DNA of 64,000 bases. Source: an uncultured Bacteroidaceae bacterium. GTDB taxonomy: Bacteria > Bacteroidota > Bacteroidia > Bacteroidales > SM23-62. A program made the translations under genes and the position numbers. Below, one piece after another: positions 10,862 to 20,596 of the stretch (position 1 is the first letter of the stretch; every line of letters starts with the position of its first letter). The stretch covers positions 774,250-838,249 of the forward strand of contig CAVZPP010000003.1 in the NCBI GenBank assembly GCA_963777115.1, read 5' to 3'. Below the pieces are notes generated by a model, which saw only the letters and a list, made by a program, of their open reading frames with translations, was not told the origin of the DNA and ran no database searches.

Positions 10862-13800
10862 ATGAGAAAGAGAATGAATGTAGCTGAAATGATGAACAAT
10901 CTCAACCGGGAAAAAATCCTTACCTGGTTTGATCTTGGTTTATACCTTGACCGGCTAAGAGAAAACAATCCTGTTCCCGGTAATGAATTTCATGGAAGTT
11001 ATGAAGATTTCAAAGGATATTTGAACAAACGTGCAATGGCCTTTGCCACGTTTCATTATTCAGTTGATGGCGTCACCATTGAAGTTGAGAAATACTCAAA
11101 AATATTCAAAAGAAGACTTCCAGGAATAGATATTCATTTTGTTTCAGGCGAATTTCTTCCTGAGGCAGAAAACATATTACAGGCCGGGGACAGGAAGTTT
11201 GAAATGAAGGAAATGAAGGGATTTGATGATTGGGATCTGTATGAAGATTTTTATATAACCAAACTTAAAAGAGGCAGCGCGGAATATAATTCACTGATAC
11301 TGAGATTATGGAAACAGGTAAAAAGGATATGTAAAAAACTTGGTGACTACGTTGAGAGAAATGATATCAGCCTGCTTTATGTACTTAATGTTTGTTCCAA
11401 TCCTGGAAATGTGGCATATGGCCTAGCTATTGTACTAATCTCCGAGTACCTTGGTATTCCTGTAATTAACAATAATCATGACTTTTATTGGGAGGGAGGA
11501 AACCGGCCGGTAGATATTAAGTATAATGGGGCTCCGAAGGGTCCGAGGGACTTCTTTTTTAAAAATTCAGACATTGGTGAGTTTTTCTCCATAATTGAGA
11601 TGTTATACCCATGGGAATCAAGAACATGGATAAACGTAAACATAAATACAGGACAATCCGATCACATCATTAAACAAAATGGCCATAATCCGGCAAATGT
11701 ATGCGAAATAGGTACTGCGGTTGATACAGATGTTTACACCAACATTACAAAGCGGGAAAAAATCAATGCATATATTCAATTTGAGAAAATATTAAGCAGG
11801 TATAAAAACACACTGGTTGGATATTCAGTAAAGGATGTTATTGAAAATAAGCTGGTTGATAAAAAGAATCCACGCCCGATTTTAATAGGAAACAAAACCA
11901 GGGTCCTCAATTATTATTCTGCAGAAAACATAATTTTTTTGCAACCCACCAGGATAATTTCCAGAAAACGAATAGAGGTAGGCTTCAACCTAATTCAAAT
12001 GTTTTTTACGAACCCTATATTCATTGATCATCTGGAGAAAAACGAAAATTTAAAATTGTCTTTACTCATTACAGGTCCCATTGCAAAAGGGCAATATGAA
12101 TATTTTGAAAGACTGATAAATCGATTTGATGAATTAGTCGATAAGCTAAACCCCGAATACAGGGACCGGATCTTTCTTGCTTGTATTTTCAGCGAACTGG
12201 ACAGAAAATCATTTAAGAAACGATTTGAAAATCCTGTTGGTATACCCGAGCTGTATAATATAGCCTCTCTCGTTCTTTTGCCAAGTAAAACGGAGGGCAG
12301 GGGACTACCAATAATTGAAGCAACGGCCTGTGGAACGCCAATCATTTGCCGGAGATATGAACCGATGAATGTTTATAAAGAGGTTATAGGGGAGCATCTT
12401 GATGAGCAGGACCGACTTAAGGTGACAGAATTTGACGGAAAAAACATTAAAACTAAACACATCCGAGAAATTATCGACAGAATCTTTTTTCCAAATAAAT
12501 ATGTTGACGAAATTCTGCACAACCACAAGGCAGTTTTGAAAAGGTATAGCCTGTATTCCCTTGATGGCAATTTGTCACAGATTTGTCACCAGCTTTATTC
12601 ACAGCTTCTTCCGAACCGTGACTCAATGAATCTAACCAAAGAAGCAATGGATGAGTTTGATAAATTAGTAAATTTTCAAAATGAAGATCTGGATTCCCTG
12701 ATAAAAACAAAAAACAGAAATTATTTGCCCGGTTATGGCAAACTTTCCTACATGTTGCTGATCAAATCTCTGATTGATCCAAGTTTTTTCAGAGTTGAAC
12801 AACAGATATTCAAAGGAATGGCACTAAATTTTGCCAGGGAAATTATCACAAGAGATCCTCATCATAAAAACATTCCAGAAAAGAAAACAACGGCTTTTTA
12901 TAATGCTGTAGATAATATATTTCACTATCGGAACGGAGAAACCACCATCAGGCACGACCATTCCATGTCCTACAGGCACCGGAACAAAAACTATTATCCC
13001 TACCAGGATTATACTATCCAGGAACTTACAGGAGTGATCAACCTGTTGTATAATAAAATATTAAAACCCCGCATAAGTATACATATTGAAGAAAGTCCGC
13101 ATTTTTTCACGGACTGGAACCTAGCGCTTTCCCAGCTAACTGCATCCCCAATACTGGCCATTGACGATCGCTATAAGCTGATTGAGAAAATGCATCAAAA
13201 TCTGCCAATAGCATATTTCCCGGGTGCATATCTGAAATATGAACTTGAATTTTTTGCCCTGCAATCGATTCGCTCAAGGTTGGGATTAAAGATAGAAGAA
13301 GAATTAACTGAAAAAGCTCTTGAGGAAGCCGGAGTCAAAGTTGCTCCTGTTTTTGTGTTTGCTCAAAACAGACCCATTGTCCGGCAACTGAATAAGGTGG
13401 AAATTGTAGACTACATACAAAAAGGCAGAAATGACGAATTAAAACTGCTCTATACCAAACGGATCATCAGGATTGTGTCGACAGAACAGCTAAGTGTAGG
13501 GATTCATTTTCCGCAACTTGGGGCCAAAGCATTAAAAACATTGCTCAGAATACAGAAACAGGGAGGTTACATTATCAGCAATCGAAGGAATGCCACTGTC
13601 ATGACAGACATTATTTCAATAGACAGATTTCATATAGGCAAGGTATCAAGCATGATTACCGCCAGCATTCTTGGAATTCCCATAGATAGTGGATTTATTC
13701 AGTTTGTACCAGCAGGAGTTCGCGCGACACTTAACTTTCCGACACCCACCCAGACAGCCAGGGAGCTTAGCGAAACACTGAAAAGCGACCTTTACAAAAG

Positions 13801-15037
13801 TCTTTGCAAACGCATGGGTGAAAAGAAAGTGCTGGAGGAAATACAGAAAGATGCCGAAGCAGGAGGATCCCCGGTCAAACAGGTCCTTGAAAAACTCGGT
13901 GGAGAAGGAGATGCTCTAACAGGGATCGAATCAAGGAATGTAAGCGGGGTTTACAGGGATGAGGAACCGTGGAGCGGAGTAATTGCAAACACGGGGAACG
14001 CCGGACAAGGAAAAACATGGAAGTTTGTCGCTGTTTCCGCAAACGGTAAGCCCAAGAAAGTAACAACATTTTGTAATGAATTCGAAAATGACTATAAAAT
14101 ATCACCCGCGATTGCATGGAATGGGGGATATATCCTGAATCCCGAACTGGTGGGTAAACTGGGTCTGCCCGAAACATATATAGGTTCACCCCTGGGGATG
14201 ATTATTTCAGACCACAGGGTGTTGTCTCCTCCGCTATTTAATAAAGCGGCAATGCTCATAAATTCTGACGGATCAATAAAAATTCAAAGGGTAAATAGTT
14301 CCGGAGGTTTTGAGATTTTTGACAAGGATTTCCGGATTCCTTTTCCTCCGGAATCTTATAACAATTTGAATACTGATATTCCCCTGGCATACTTCGATCT
14401 ATTAGGTGATTTGAAAGAAGTTCCAACAAAGGGAAGGGTAATTGTTAGATTGGCCGGAGCAAGAGTAAAAGAGGTGATAGACGATGTTGAGAATGTCAGG
14501 GTGATTCCTGTCGGGTTGACATTGTCTTTCAGGAGAGATATGTTTCCAGAGGGACTGATCATCCCCGGAAGGGATTTGGGATTTACTCTCAATGGACTGG
14601 AGGATATCGAACATGCCGTAGAGGCGGGGCCCATGTTGCTATCCGGTGGAAAACTAAACATTAATATGAAAACCGAGGGCTGGAAAACCAGAAACTCAAT
14701 AATTACCCAGGCTGCGAGACTTGATTATACCGACATGAGAGGTCCCAAGATCGCCGTTGGAATCAACCGTGATGGAAATCTTTCGGTATTAACCATTAAC
14801 GGTAGATTGAGAGAATCCGTTGGCGCAACCCACCAGGATATGGCAGAGATTTTACAAAAATTTGAAATGGTTGATGCTATGGGTTTTGACCCAGGGGGAA
14901 GTAGCACGCTTGTGGTCGGGGGGGAAACTAAAAACATTTCGCCCTATAATCATGAATACGAGAAAAATATATATTCCCTTCCTCCGGAACCAAGGGCCGT
15001 TTCCAATGCTGTGATTGGATACCTTGCTAAAAGATAA
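10862..15037 (+). CDS. 1391-aa fusion protein: N-terminal GT4-like glycosyltransferase, unknown middle region, C-terminal phosphodiester-glycosidase (NAGPA/DUF2233-like) domain
   Basis: Uninterrupted ORF with no signal peptide. The N-terminal third has a retaining-GT-B/GT4 signature (LLPSKTEGRGLPIIEATACGTPII) and is paralogous to the 429-aa GT at 16167-17456. The C-terminal ~300 aa carry phosphodiester-glycosidase-like motifs (RGPKIAVGINRDGNLSVLTINGR, AMGFDPGGSSTLVV). Confidence 0.75.
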   Translation: MRKRMNVAEMMNNLNREKILTWFDLGLYLDRLRENNPVPGNEFHGSYEDFKGYLNKRAMAFATFHYSVDGVTIEVEKYSKIFKRRLPGIDIHFVSGEFLPEAENILQAGDRKFEMKEMKGFDDWDLYEDFYITKLKRGSAEYNSLILRLWKQVKRICKKLGDYVERNDISLLYVLNVCSNPGNVAYGLAIVLISEYLGIPVINNNHDFYWEGGNRPVDIKYNGAPKGPRDFFFKNSDIGEFFSIIEMLYPWESRTWINVNINTGQSDHIIKQNGHNPANVCEIGTAVDTDVYTNITKREKINAYIQFEKILSRYKNTLVGYSVKDVIENKLVDKKNPRPILIGNKTRVLNYYSAENIIFLQPTRIISRKRIEVGFNLIQMFFTNPIFIDHLEKNENLKLSLLITGPIAKGQYEYFERLINRFDELVDKLNPEYRDRIFLACIFSELDRKSFKKRFENPVGIPELYNIASLVLLPSKTEGRGLPIIEATACGTPIICRRYEPMNVYKEVIGEHLDEQDRLKVTEFDGKNIKTKHIREIIDRIFFPNKYVDEILHNHKAVLKRYSLYSLDGNLSQICHQLYSQLLPNRDSMNLTKEAMDEFDKLVNFQNEDLDSLIKTKNRNYLPGYGKLSYMLLIKSLIDPSFFRVEQQIFKGMALNFAREIITRDPHHKNIPEKKTTAFYNAVDNIFHYRNGETTIRHDHSMSYRHRNKNYYPYQDYTIQELTGVINLLYNKILKPRISIHIEESPHFFTDWNLALSQLTASPILAIDDRYKLIEKMHQNLPIAYFPGAYLKYELEFFALQSIRSRLGLKIEEELTEKALEEAGVKVAPVFVFAQNRPIVRQLNKVEIVDYIQKGRNDELKLLYTKRIIRIVSTEQLSVGIHFPQLGAKALKTLLRIQKQGGYIISNRRNATVMTDIISIDRFHIGKVSSMITASILGIPIDSGFIQFVPAGVRATLNFPTPTQTARELSETLKSDLYKSLCKRMGEKKVLEEIQKDAEAGGSPVKQVLEKLGGEGDALTGIESRNVSGVYRDEEPWSGVIANTGNAGQGKTWKFVAVSANGKPKKVTTFCNEFENDYKISPAIAWNGGYILNPELVGKLGLPETYIGSPLGMIISDHRVLSPPLFNKAAMLINSDGSIKIQRVNSSGGFEIFDKDFRIPFPPESYNNLNTDIPLAYFDLLGDLKEVPTKGRVIVRLAGARVKEVIDDVENVRVIPVGLTLSFRRDMFPEGLIIPGRDLGFTLNGLEDIEHAVEAGPMLLSGGKLNINMKTEGWKTRNSIITQAARLDYTDMRGPKIAVGINRDGNLSVLTINGRLRESVGATHQDMAEILQKFEMVDAMGFDPGGSSTLVVGGETKNISPYNHEYEKNIYSLPPEPRAVSNAVIGYLAKR

Positions 15038-15041
15038 TAAT

Positions 15042-16166
15042 ATGGCAGGCCTGTATGTCCATATTCCCTTCTGCCGGGCCGCCTGTAGTTATTGTGATTT
15101 TCACTTCAGTGTTTCAATGGAAAATATTGCTCCAATGCAGGAGGCAATAAAAAAAGAAATAATCACAGAAAAGGATTTTCTTGAAGGAGAAAGCCTTGCA
15201 ACCATATACTTTGGGGGAGGAACCCCTTCAGTTCTGGCCCCTGAAGATATCGCTCTTTTGCTTGAAACAATACGGCAGAATTATTCTGTTGATATAAACC
15301 CCGAAATTACCCTCGAAGCAAATCCAGACGACCTTACTACGGATTACCTTACTGCGCTGAAAAACCATGGGATTAACAGACTTAGCATAGGGGTCCAGTC
15401 CTTTCATGATGAAGATCTCGTATTGATGAATCGAAAGCACAATTCCATGCAAGCTATCGCCTGCGTTGAATTAGCTGTAAACGCAGGAATTGACAATTTT
15501 AGCCTGGATCTAATATATGGCATGCCGGAAATGAGCAATGATAAATGGGAGAAAAACCTGGAAATAGCGATGAATTTAAATCCTCCACACCTGGCCGCCT
15601 ATCATCTTAGTTATGAACCCGGGACAGTACTGGACTATCTAAGAAAGAAAAAAAAGATAACACCTGTAAATGAGAATAAAAGCCTGGATCATTATAATAT
15701 CCTTACTGAGTTGATGGAAAACAAGGGATATGAACATTATGAAATCTCAAATTTTGCACTACCGGGAGCTATTTCAAAGCACAATTCCGCATACTGGAAA
15801 GGAGAAAAATATTTGGGTGTCGGTCCCTCTGCACATTCATATAACGGACAATCCAGGAGGTGGAACATATCCAAAAACACAAGTTACATAAGGGGTATAA
15901 TGAATGAACAAAAGGTGTATGATGAGGAAATTCTTGATGAAGTAAGCCATCTGCATGATTATCTCCTGACCTCGCTGAGAACCATGTGGGGTGCCGATTT
16001 ATTATACTTAAAGCATAAGTGGGGTGCGGAATATTATGACCATGTTTTACAAAAGGCTCAATCCTATATTCAAACTGGCAAGGTTTTAAATATTGAGGGA
16101 AAGTTAATGCTTACCAGTGAAGGAATGTTTATTGCAGACCATATTATATCGGAACTATTCCTGTGA
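15042..16166 (+). CDS. hemW: radical SAM family heme chaperone HemW / HemN-like
   Basis: GLYVHIPFCRAACSYCDF carries the CxxxCxxC radical-SAM motif, followed by a HemN-type C-terminal domain. ATG at 15042 avoids overlap with the upstream ORF. Confidence 0.85.
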   Translation: MAGLYVHIPFCRAACSYCDFHFSVSMENIAPMQEAIKKEIITEKDFLEGESLATIYFGGGTPSVLAPEDIALLLETIRQNYSVDINPEITLEANPDDLTTDYLTALKNHGINRLSIGVQSFHDEDLVLMNRKHNSMQAIACVELAVNAGIDNFSLDLIYGMPEMSNDKWEKNLEIAMNLNPPHLAAYHLSYEPGTVLDYLRKKKKITPVNENKSLDHYNILTELMENKGYEHYEISNFALPGAISKHNSAYWKGEKYLGVGPSAHSYNGQSRRWNISKNTSYIRGIMNEQKVYDEEILDEVSHLHDYLLTSLRTMWGADLLYLKHKWGAEYYDHVLQKAQSYIQTGKVLNIEGKLMLTSEGMFIADHIISELFL

Positions 16167-17456
16167 TCAGACAGAATTCAAGGCTTTTTCAATCAGCTCA
16201 TCCAGTTTTTCCTGAAGCGTATCGTAGGAGAAGAGCTTTTTACCAAGATTGAAATTATACTCTGCTGTTTCACGGTTTAATTGCTCATCATAAATAACTT
16301 TTTTCATTTCTTCCAGGGCATCCGGAGTTATTACATTGTCCTCGAGCATTACAGCACGAAAACCTTTGCTTCCAATATCCGGCCAGTAAACGGGCTTGTA
16401 ATTATTGACAAAAATCGGCCTTTTTGCAAGTACTGCTTCAACAAAGGCATTTCCAAATCCCTCATATGTGCTGAAATAAGTACATGCCCTGGCCCTTGCA
16501 TAGGCATCCGAAAGAGAATAACCACATTCCTCGTTCCCAGGGGTCTTTTTGCCCTTGTTGTGAAAACAATGATATGAAAAACGCACCCTTTCTCCCAGCT
16601 TCAGGTCATGGATATGGTGAACAAGTTCGTTATAATATTTGCTTCCCTCGTCATCGGCATAATTGCCTGTAATGATCAGCTTGATCTTTTCATCCTCAAG
16701 CTGGTGAACAAGATTTATTGCGGCTTCAATTCCCTTGCGCCTTACTACACGGGTAATCTGGAATAGCAGAATATCATCTTCTTGGTAACCGAGTACTCTA
16801 TTGATATTTTTATTGTGCTCATTCTTAACACCGTAGGGAATATCGAAATCCATAACATTGGGCACATTAACAGACTCCCTGCCGAATCGTTCTCTTAAAG
16901 TATCCTGTGCATGAGAATTAATAACTGCATGAACATTATGCAACCTCATAGGAAAATGAGATTCTACATATTCATTAATTTCATTATGAGGAGATTGATA
17001 ACGATCACCCCTTTCCCAGGCAAAGTCGTGATCATGAGTAATGGCAGGAATACCCGTTTTATTCACAGCATTTTTTATTGCCAATCCCATTTCAAGATGT
17101 GAAGGCAAGCAGGAGGCATTTTCAGATATAATCAATTCTATCTTTTTTTCCTGCATCCAGGAAAGGATCTTTTTGTAAATAATTTTACTGTAAAGATCAA
17201 TATGGTCAATCAGCTCAGAGGGATTAGTTTCCGGGTAGAAAAATGCCTTTTTCTGGCTCCAGAAACTTTCGGGTGAAAAAAATGACATTTCCGGAACAAG
17301 TGTTTCGCTGTTGCCTTCCATTGGCCTCTCCTCATATTGACCGGAAAGAATAAAAATTTCATGACCCATGCGCTGCATAACATCAATCCATTTTTCAGTT
17401 TCAAGAGCAACTCCGTCAACCCCGCCTATACGTCCGATAATAATACCAATCCTCAT
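16167..17456 (-). CDS. GT4-family glycosyltransferase (free-standing paralog of the N-terminus of the 1391-aa protein)
   Basis: 429 aa. Shared motifs with 10862-15037: GGVDGVALETEKW vs SVDGVTIEVEKY; THDHDFAWERG vs NNNHDFYWEGG; STYEGFGNAFVEAVLAKRPIF vs SKTEGRGLPIIEATACGTPII. Confidence 0.8.
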   Translation of the reverse strand: MRIGIIIGRIGGVDGVALETEKWIDVMQRMGHEIFILSGQYEERPMEGNSETLVPEMSFFSPESFWSQKKAFFYPETNPSELIDHIDLYSKIIYKKILSWMQEKKIELIISENASCLPSHLEMGLAIKNAVNKTGIPAITHDHDFAWERGDRYQSPHNEINEYVESHFPMRLHNVHAVINSHAQDTLRERFGRESVNVPNVMDFDIPYGVKNEHNKNINRVLGYQEDDILLFQITRVVRRKGIEAAINLVHQLEDEKIKLIITGNYADDEGSKYYNELVHHIHDLKLGERVRFSYHCFHNKGKKTPGNEECGYSLSDAYARARACTYFSTYEGFGNAFVEAVLAKRPIFVNNYKPVYWPDIGSKGFRAVMLEDNVITPDALEEMKKVIYDEQLNRETAEYNFNLGKKLFSYDTLQEKLDELIEKALNSV

Positions 17457-17476
17457 AGTTATAAATTATGATTTTT

Positions 17477-18373
17477 TTATTTTAGAGCGAAACTGCTAGA
17501 CCCAATTTCGTTACCATCTGCATAAAGCACAAGGCTGTATTGACCGGGCACCAATTGATTGCCATCATTTTGCCAGAAAATGCACATGTCAACATCAACA
17601 TTCTCATAACTTACCTGCCGGCTGGCAGTATATAGAGTTTGCTCCCCCTCAAATTCGAAGTAATTAACCCCGGCTGTAAGAATCACATCATCAGGCCTTG
17701 AAATACGCATATAAATGATTTTGGGACCAGCTTCAAGGATGGGATTCTCTCTTAAGGTAAAGCATGTTCGTAGCCTGATAGCCTTATCATATCGATCAGT
17801 TTCACGGCCTTTTTCATTTCTTAGTGCTACCACCACGATATTTGTTGCATTCAAAACAGAAGCCATTTCCACTTTGCTGCTAAGCTCATCTTTGGCCTGA
17901 GTTAGCTCCTTCCTTTCACTCTCTGCTCTTCTGAGTTGTTGACGGGCCTGCAGGTTTTCAGCCCGGAGTTCCTGGTTAGCCGTATTCAGGGAATCGATTT
18001 GTACGACGTAGGACCTTAAAACCTTACGTATTGTTTGCAATTCCTTTTCGTACATACGTATCTTATAAACATTATTTGCGTTTACCTTAAGCAGTCTTTC
18101 AATACGTTCCTGTTCTGCCTGAAGCTTTACGTTCATAGTGTCATTTTCAGATTTAAGGGAATCATATTCGACAAAAATTTCCATTAATTCTGTTTCCAGA
18201 TTATCTTTTTGCCGGTTCAGTTCGGTCTTTTCTTCTTCTGATTCAACCTTTAATTCATAATAGGTATACCCTAGATACCCAACCGTACAAACCAGTGCAA
18301 TAACAAGTATAATAAGAAATACAGGCTTTTTTTTCCTTGGCTTTTCATGAAAAATCTCTGTTTTTTGATCCAT
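17477..18373 (-). CDS. membrane-anchored coiled-coil protein, unknown function
   Basis: 298 aa with an N-terminal TM helix (VFLIILVIALVCTVGYLGY), ~150 aa of heptad-rich coiled coil, and a C-terminal beta-rich domain. It lies 20 nt upstream of the GT4 gene on the same strand. Confidence 0.6.
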   Translation of the reverse strand: MDQKTEIFHEKPRKKKPVFLIILVIALVCTVGYLGYTYYELKVESEEEKTELNRQKDNLETELMEIFVEYDSLKSENDTMNVKLQAEQERIERLLKVNANNVYKIRMYEKELQTIRKVLRSYVVQIDSLNTANQELRAENLQARQQLRRAESERKELTQAKDELSSKVEMASVLNATNIVVVALRNEKGRETDRYDKAIRLRTCFTLRENPILEAGPKIIYMRISRPDDVILTAGVNYFEFEGEQTLYTASRQVSYENVDVDMCIFWQNDGNQLVPGQYSLVLYADGNEIGSSSFALK

Positions 18374-18512
18374 AAGTTATTGATTGGTTTATGTTTAAAG
18401 GACAAATGTACAAATCTTTGGTATAGAACGTTTGAATAGTGGATATTTATTATCAGGCGACCAATAAACAGTAAAAAACCCGTCAGATTTGATATTTACT
18501 GGATTTATATTA

Positions 18513-18520
18513 TATATTTG
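18513..18520 (+). promoter_or_regulatory. candidate -7 promoter box (TAnnTTTG) for the RRM gene
   Basis: TATATTTG lies 23 nt upstream of the ATG. A TTG sits about 21 nt further upstream (18489-18491), at the expected -33 spacing. Confidence 0.4.
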
Positions 18521-18543
18521 ACGTTTGAACAAATTTTTTTAAA

Positions 18544-18795
18544 ATGAACATTTACGCAGGAAATCTCAATTACAACCTTTCGGAAGAAGATCTAGAAAAA
18601 GTATTCGGAGAATACGGAGAAGTAACTTCCGTAAAAATCATCAGAGACAAGTACACAGACCAAAGCAAAGGTTTTGGTTTCATAGAAATGGCTGATGATG
18701 CTGCTGCACAGAAAGCCATCGATGAACTCAATGGCACAGAAGTTAAAGGCAGGGAGCTACGTGTAAACCAGGCCAGACCTCCACGGGAACAGTAA
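18544..18795 (+). CDS. RNA-binding protein (single RRM domain)
   Basis: 83 aa with RNP2 NIYAGNL and RNP1 KGFGFIEM. Confidence 0.9.
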   Translation: MNIYAGNLNYNLSEEDLEKVFGEYGEVTSVKIIRDKYTDQSKGFGFIEMADDAAAQKAIDELNGTEVKGRELRVNQARPPREQ

Positions 18796-18911
18796 TACCC
18801 CCACCAGCCCCACAATACCTGAACTGTTTGAAGAAACATGAAAGGCTGGGTTAACACCTTCGGGTTGTCTGACCTGCCTTTATGTGCTATATGGTGTAGA
18901 TGGACTGGTAC

Positions 18912-19337
18912 TCAGGAGGTATTCAGTTCAAAAAGATGTCCCTCAGCCATATAAAACAGGAAAACCCTGTTAAATCCAGTCCCGAAACACCAATTTATTA
19001 GCTTATTGTGAAGGTTATACCGGGGCTTAATGGTTATATCCCAAACATATAGGATCAACCAGTATTCCTGTAATCTTTTTCGTTTATATAATCCAAGTTT
19101 TTCATCTTTTGATGACAGACAAGCAGAAATATTTTCAAAAGAAAATAGATCTGAATATGGCTGGTTGAGATTCAGACGAGTAAGCTCAATACCGATTTTG
19201 TGCCTGGGACCAAGACTTAGTATGAAGTCTGGTGATTCAGATGCTTTCAACACACCTTTAGGGAAATCGGGGTACAGGTCCCGGAATAATTCCAGGATTA
19301 CAGTCTCATGTTTTTTTTTATCGTTCAAAATATCCAT
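18912..19337 (-). CDS. hypothetical protein, possible PD-(D/E)XK-like fold
   Basis: 141 aa with no recognisable family. The spacing SESPDFIL ... IGIELTRL resembles a D...(D/E)xK-type nuclease core, but the Lys position is T/R. The start overlaps the stop of the upstream J-domain gene by 13 nt. Confidence 0.45.
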   Translation of the reverse strand: MDILNDKKKHETVILELFRDLYPDFPKGVLKASESPDFILSLGPRHKIGIELTRLNLNQPYSDLFSFENISACLSSKDEKLGLYKRKRLQEYWLILYVWDITIKPRYNLHNKLINWCFGTGFNRVFLFYMAEGHLFELNTS

Positions 19338-20524
19338 CTTAATAAGGGACTGATGACTGAAAGTACAGGGAGTTCCATGTATAGCTGGTATTGTTTATAA
19401 AAGAGCTTATCAAGAGGGGGGTATTGCCGGGTAACAGGAACAAATAATTTGTCTTTGGATATGAAGCGCAGTAAGGCTTCCAGCATGGGATCGAAAAAAA
19501 GAAAAATGAAAGCATAGGATCCGAAAAATCCAATTATCAAAACCCAGACGAAGAATTTAATGAGCATACCATATGAAATAAGATAAGATACTTTTGGCCG
19601 GGTACCGCTTACCAAAAGCAATAGAGCAGAGGCAGTACCCCCAAGAATCAAACCTATGGGCAGACTAAACCGGGCAAATGATCCATAGGAGATAAAGATC
19701 AGGCTAAGCACAAGCACAATAATTTTTATAATGGATGCCATGGAGTGAATAATAAAAGCCTTACGACTCCTTGGGATCCGGATGATCTGTTGTTCCCTTC
19801 TGGATCCTGCTTGCCTTCCGTATATGGCCCCGAAGGTTTGGGTCTGCATGCTCAGGATTCGAAAAAGATGTATTTTATATGGATAAATCATAGCCTTTTG
19901 CCCCTCGCAGTAAAAACATTCAGTCTTCGTCTTTTTTGAAGATTCTTGCCAGATCTTTCCAAGATCGTACAGGTGATAATAGAAAGTATCAATCCGGAAA
20001 TAATTCTTCCAGTTATACACAATAAAAATCAATATAATCAGGGCAAAAAGCCAGAACATAACATAACCAGAAGGAACAGCAAACTCCTCGTTGATAAGAG
20101 GCAGAGCAATAAAGAATCCGATTACTGGAAAAGCAAGGACACGCATTATGTACCGGAGAATTAAAATAAGATCATGCCATCCGCTTTTTTTAAATGCTTC
20201 CTGTTCCTTCCTGAAATTCTCATATTTCATCCTGGCAAAATGTTCTGCACTTTCCTTTGCTTCTCTCCGGGCCTTTGCATACTGGGCACGCATATAGGCC
20301 GAATCGGTTCCTCTTTTACGGTGAATATTATACTCATGCAAATCCTTGTTCATCAGGATTTCATAAGCTTCAGTGATCTCAATAAACCGCAGATGTGCAT
20401 CAGGGGAACCATTAATATCAGGGTGAAATTTTTTTGCCATGTTACGATAGGCCCGTTTAATTTCCGCCTCACCTGCGTCTCTGCTGATTTCCAGGACTTT
20501 ATGATAGTCTTTATGTTTGGACAT
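19325..20524 (-). CDS. J-domain (DnaJ-like) polytopic membrane protein
   Basis: From ATG at 20524: MSKHKDYHKVLEISRDAGEAEIKRAYRNMAKKFHPDIN carries the HPD motif. About 6 TM segments follow. The ORF-track N-terminal extension to 20716 overlaps the divergent acyl-CoA ligase gene and is rejected. Confidence 0.8.
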   Translation of the reverse strand: MSKHKDYHKVLEISRDAGEAEIKRAYRNMAKKFHPDINGSPDAHLRFIEITEAYEILMNKDLHEYNIHRKRGTDSAYMRAQYAKARREAKESAEHFARMKYENFRKEQEAFKKSGWHDLILILRYIMRVLAFPVIGFFIALPLINEEFAVPSGYVMFWLFALIILIFIVYNWKNYFRIDTFYYHLYDLGKIWQESSKKTKTECFYCEGQKAMIYPYKIHLFRILSMQTQTFGAIYGRQAGSRREQQIIRIPRSRKAFIIHSMASIIKIIVLVLSLIFISYGSFARFSLPIGLILGGTASALLLLVSGTRPKVSYLISYGMLIKFFVWVLIIGFFGSYAFIFLFFDPMLEALLRFISKDKLFVPVTRQYPPLDKLFYKQYQLYMELPVLSVISPLLRWIF

Positions 20525-20596
20525 GGCAATTAAAGGTAGAAAAAATATACCCAGCTGATAAAATTCTAGTATTTTTGACCCACAACAATAAAAATT

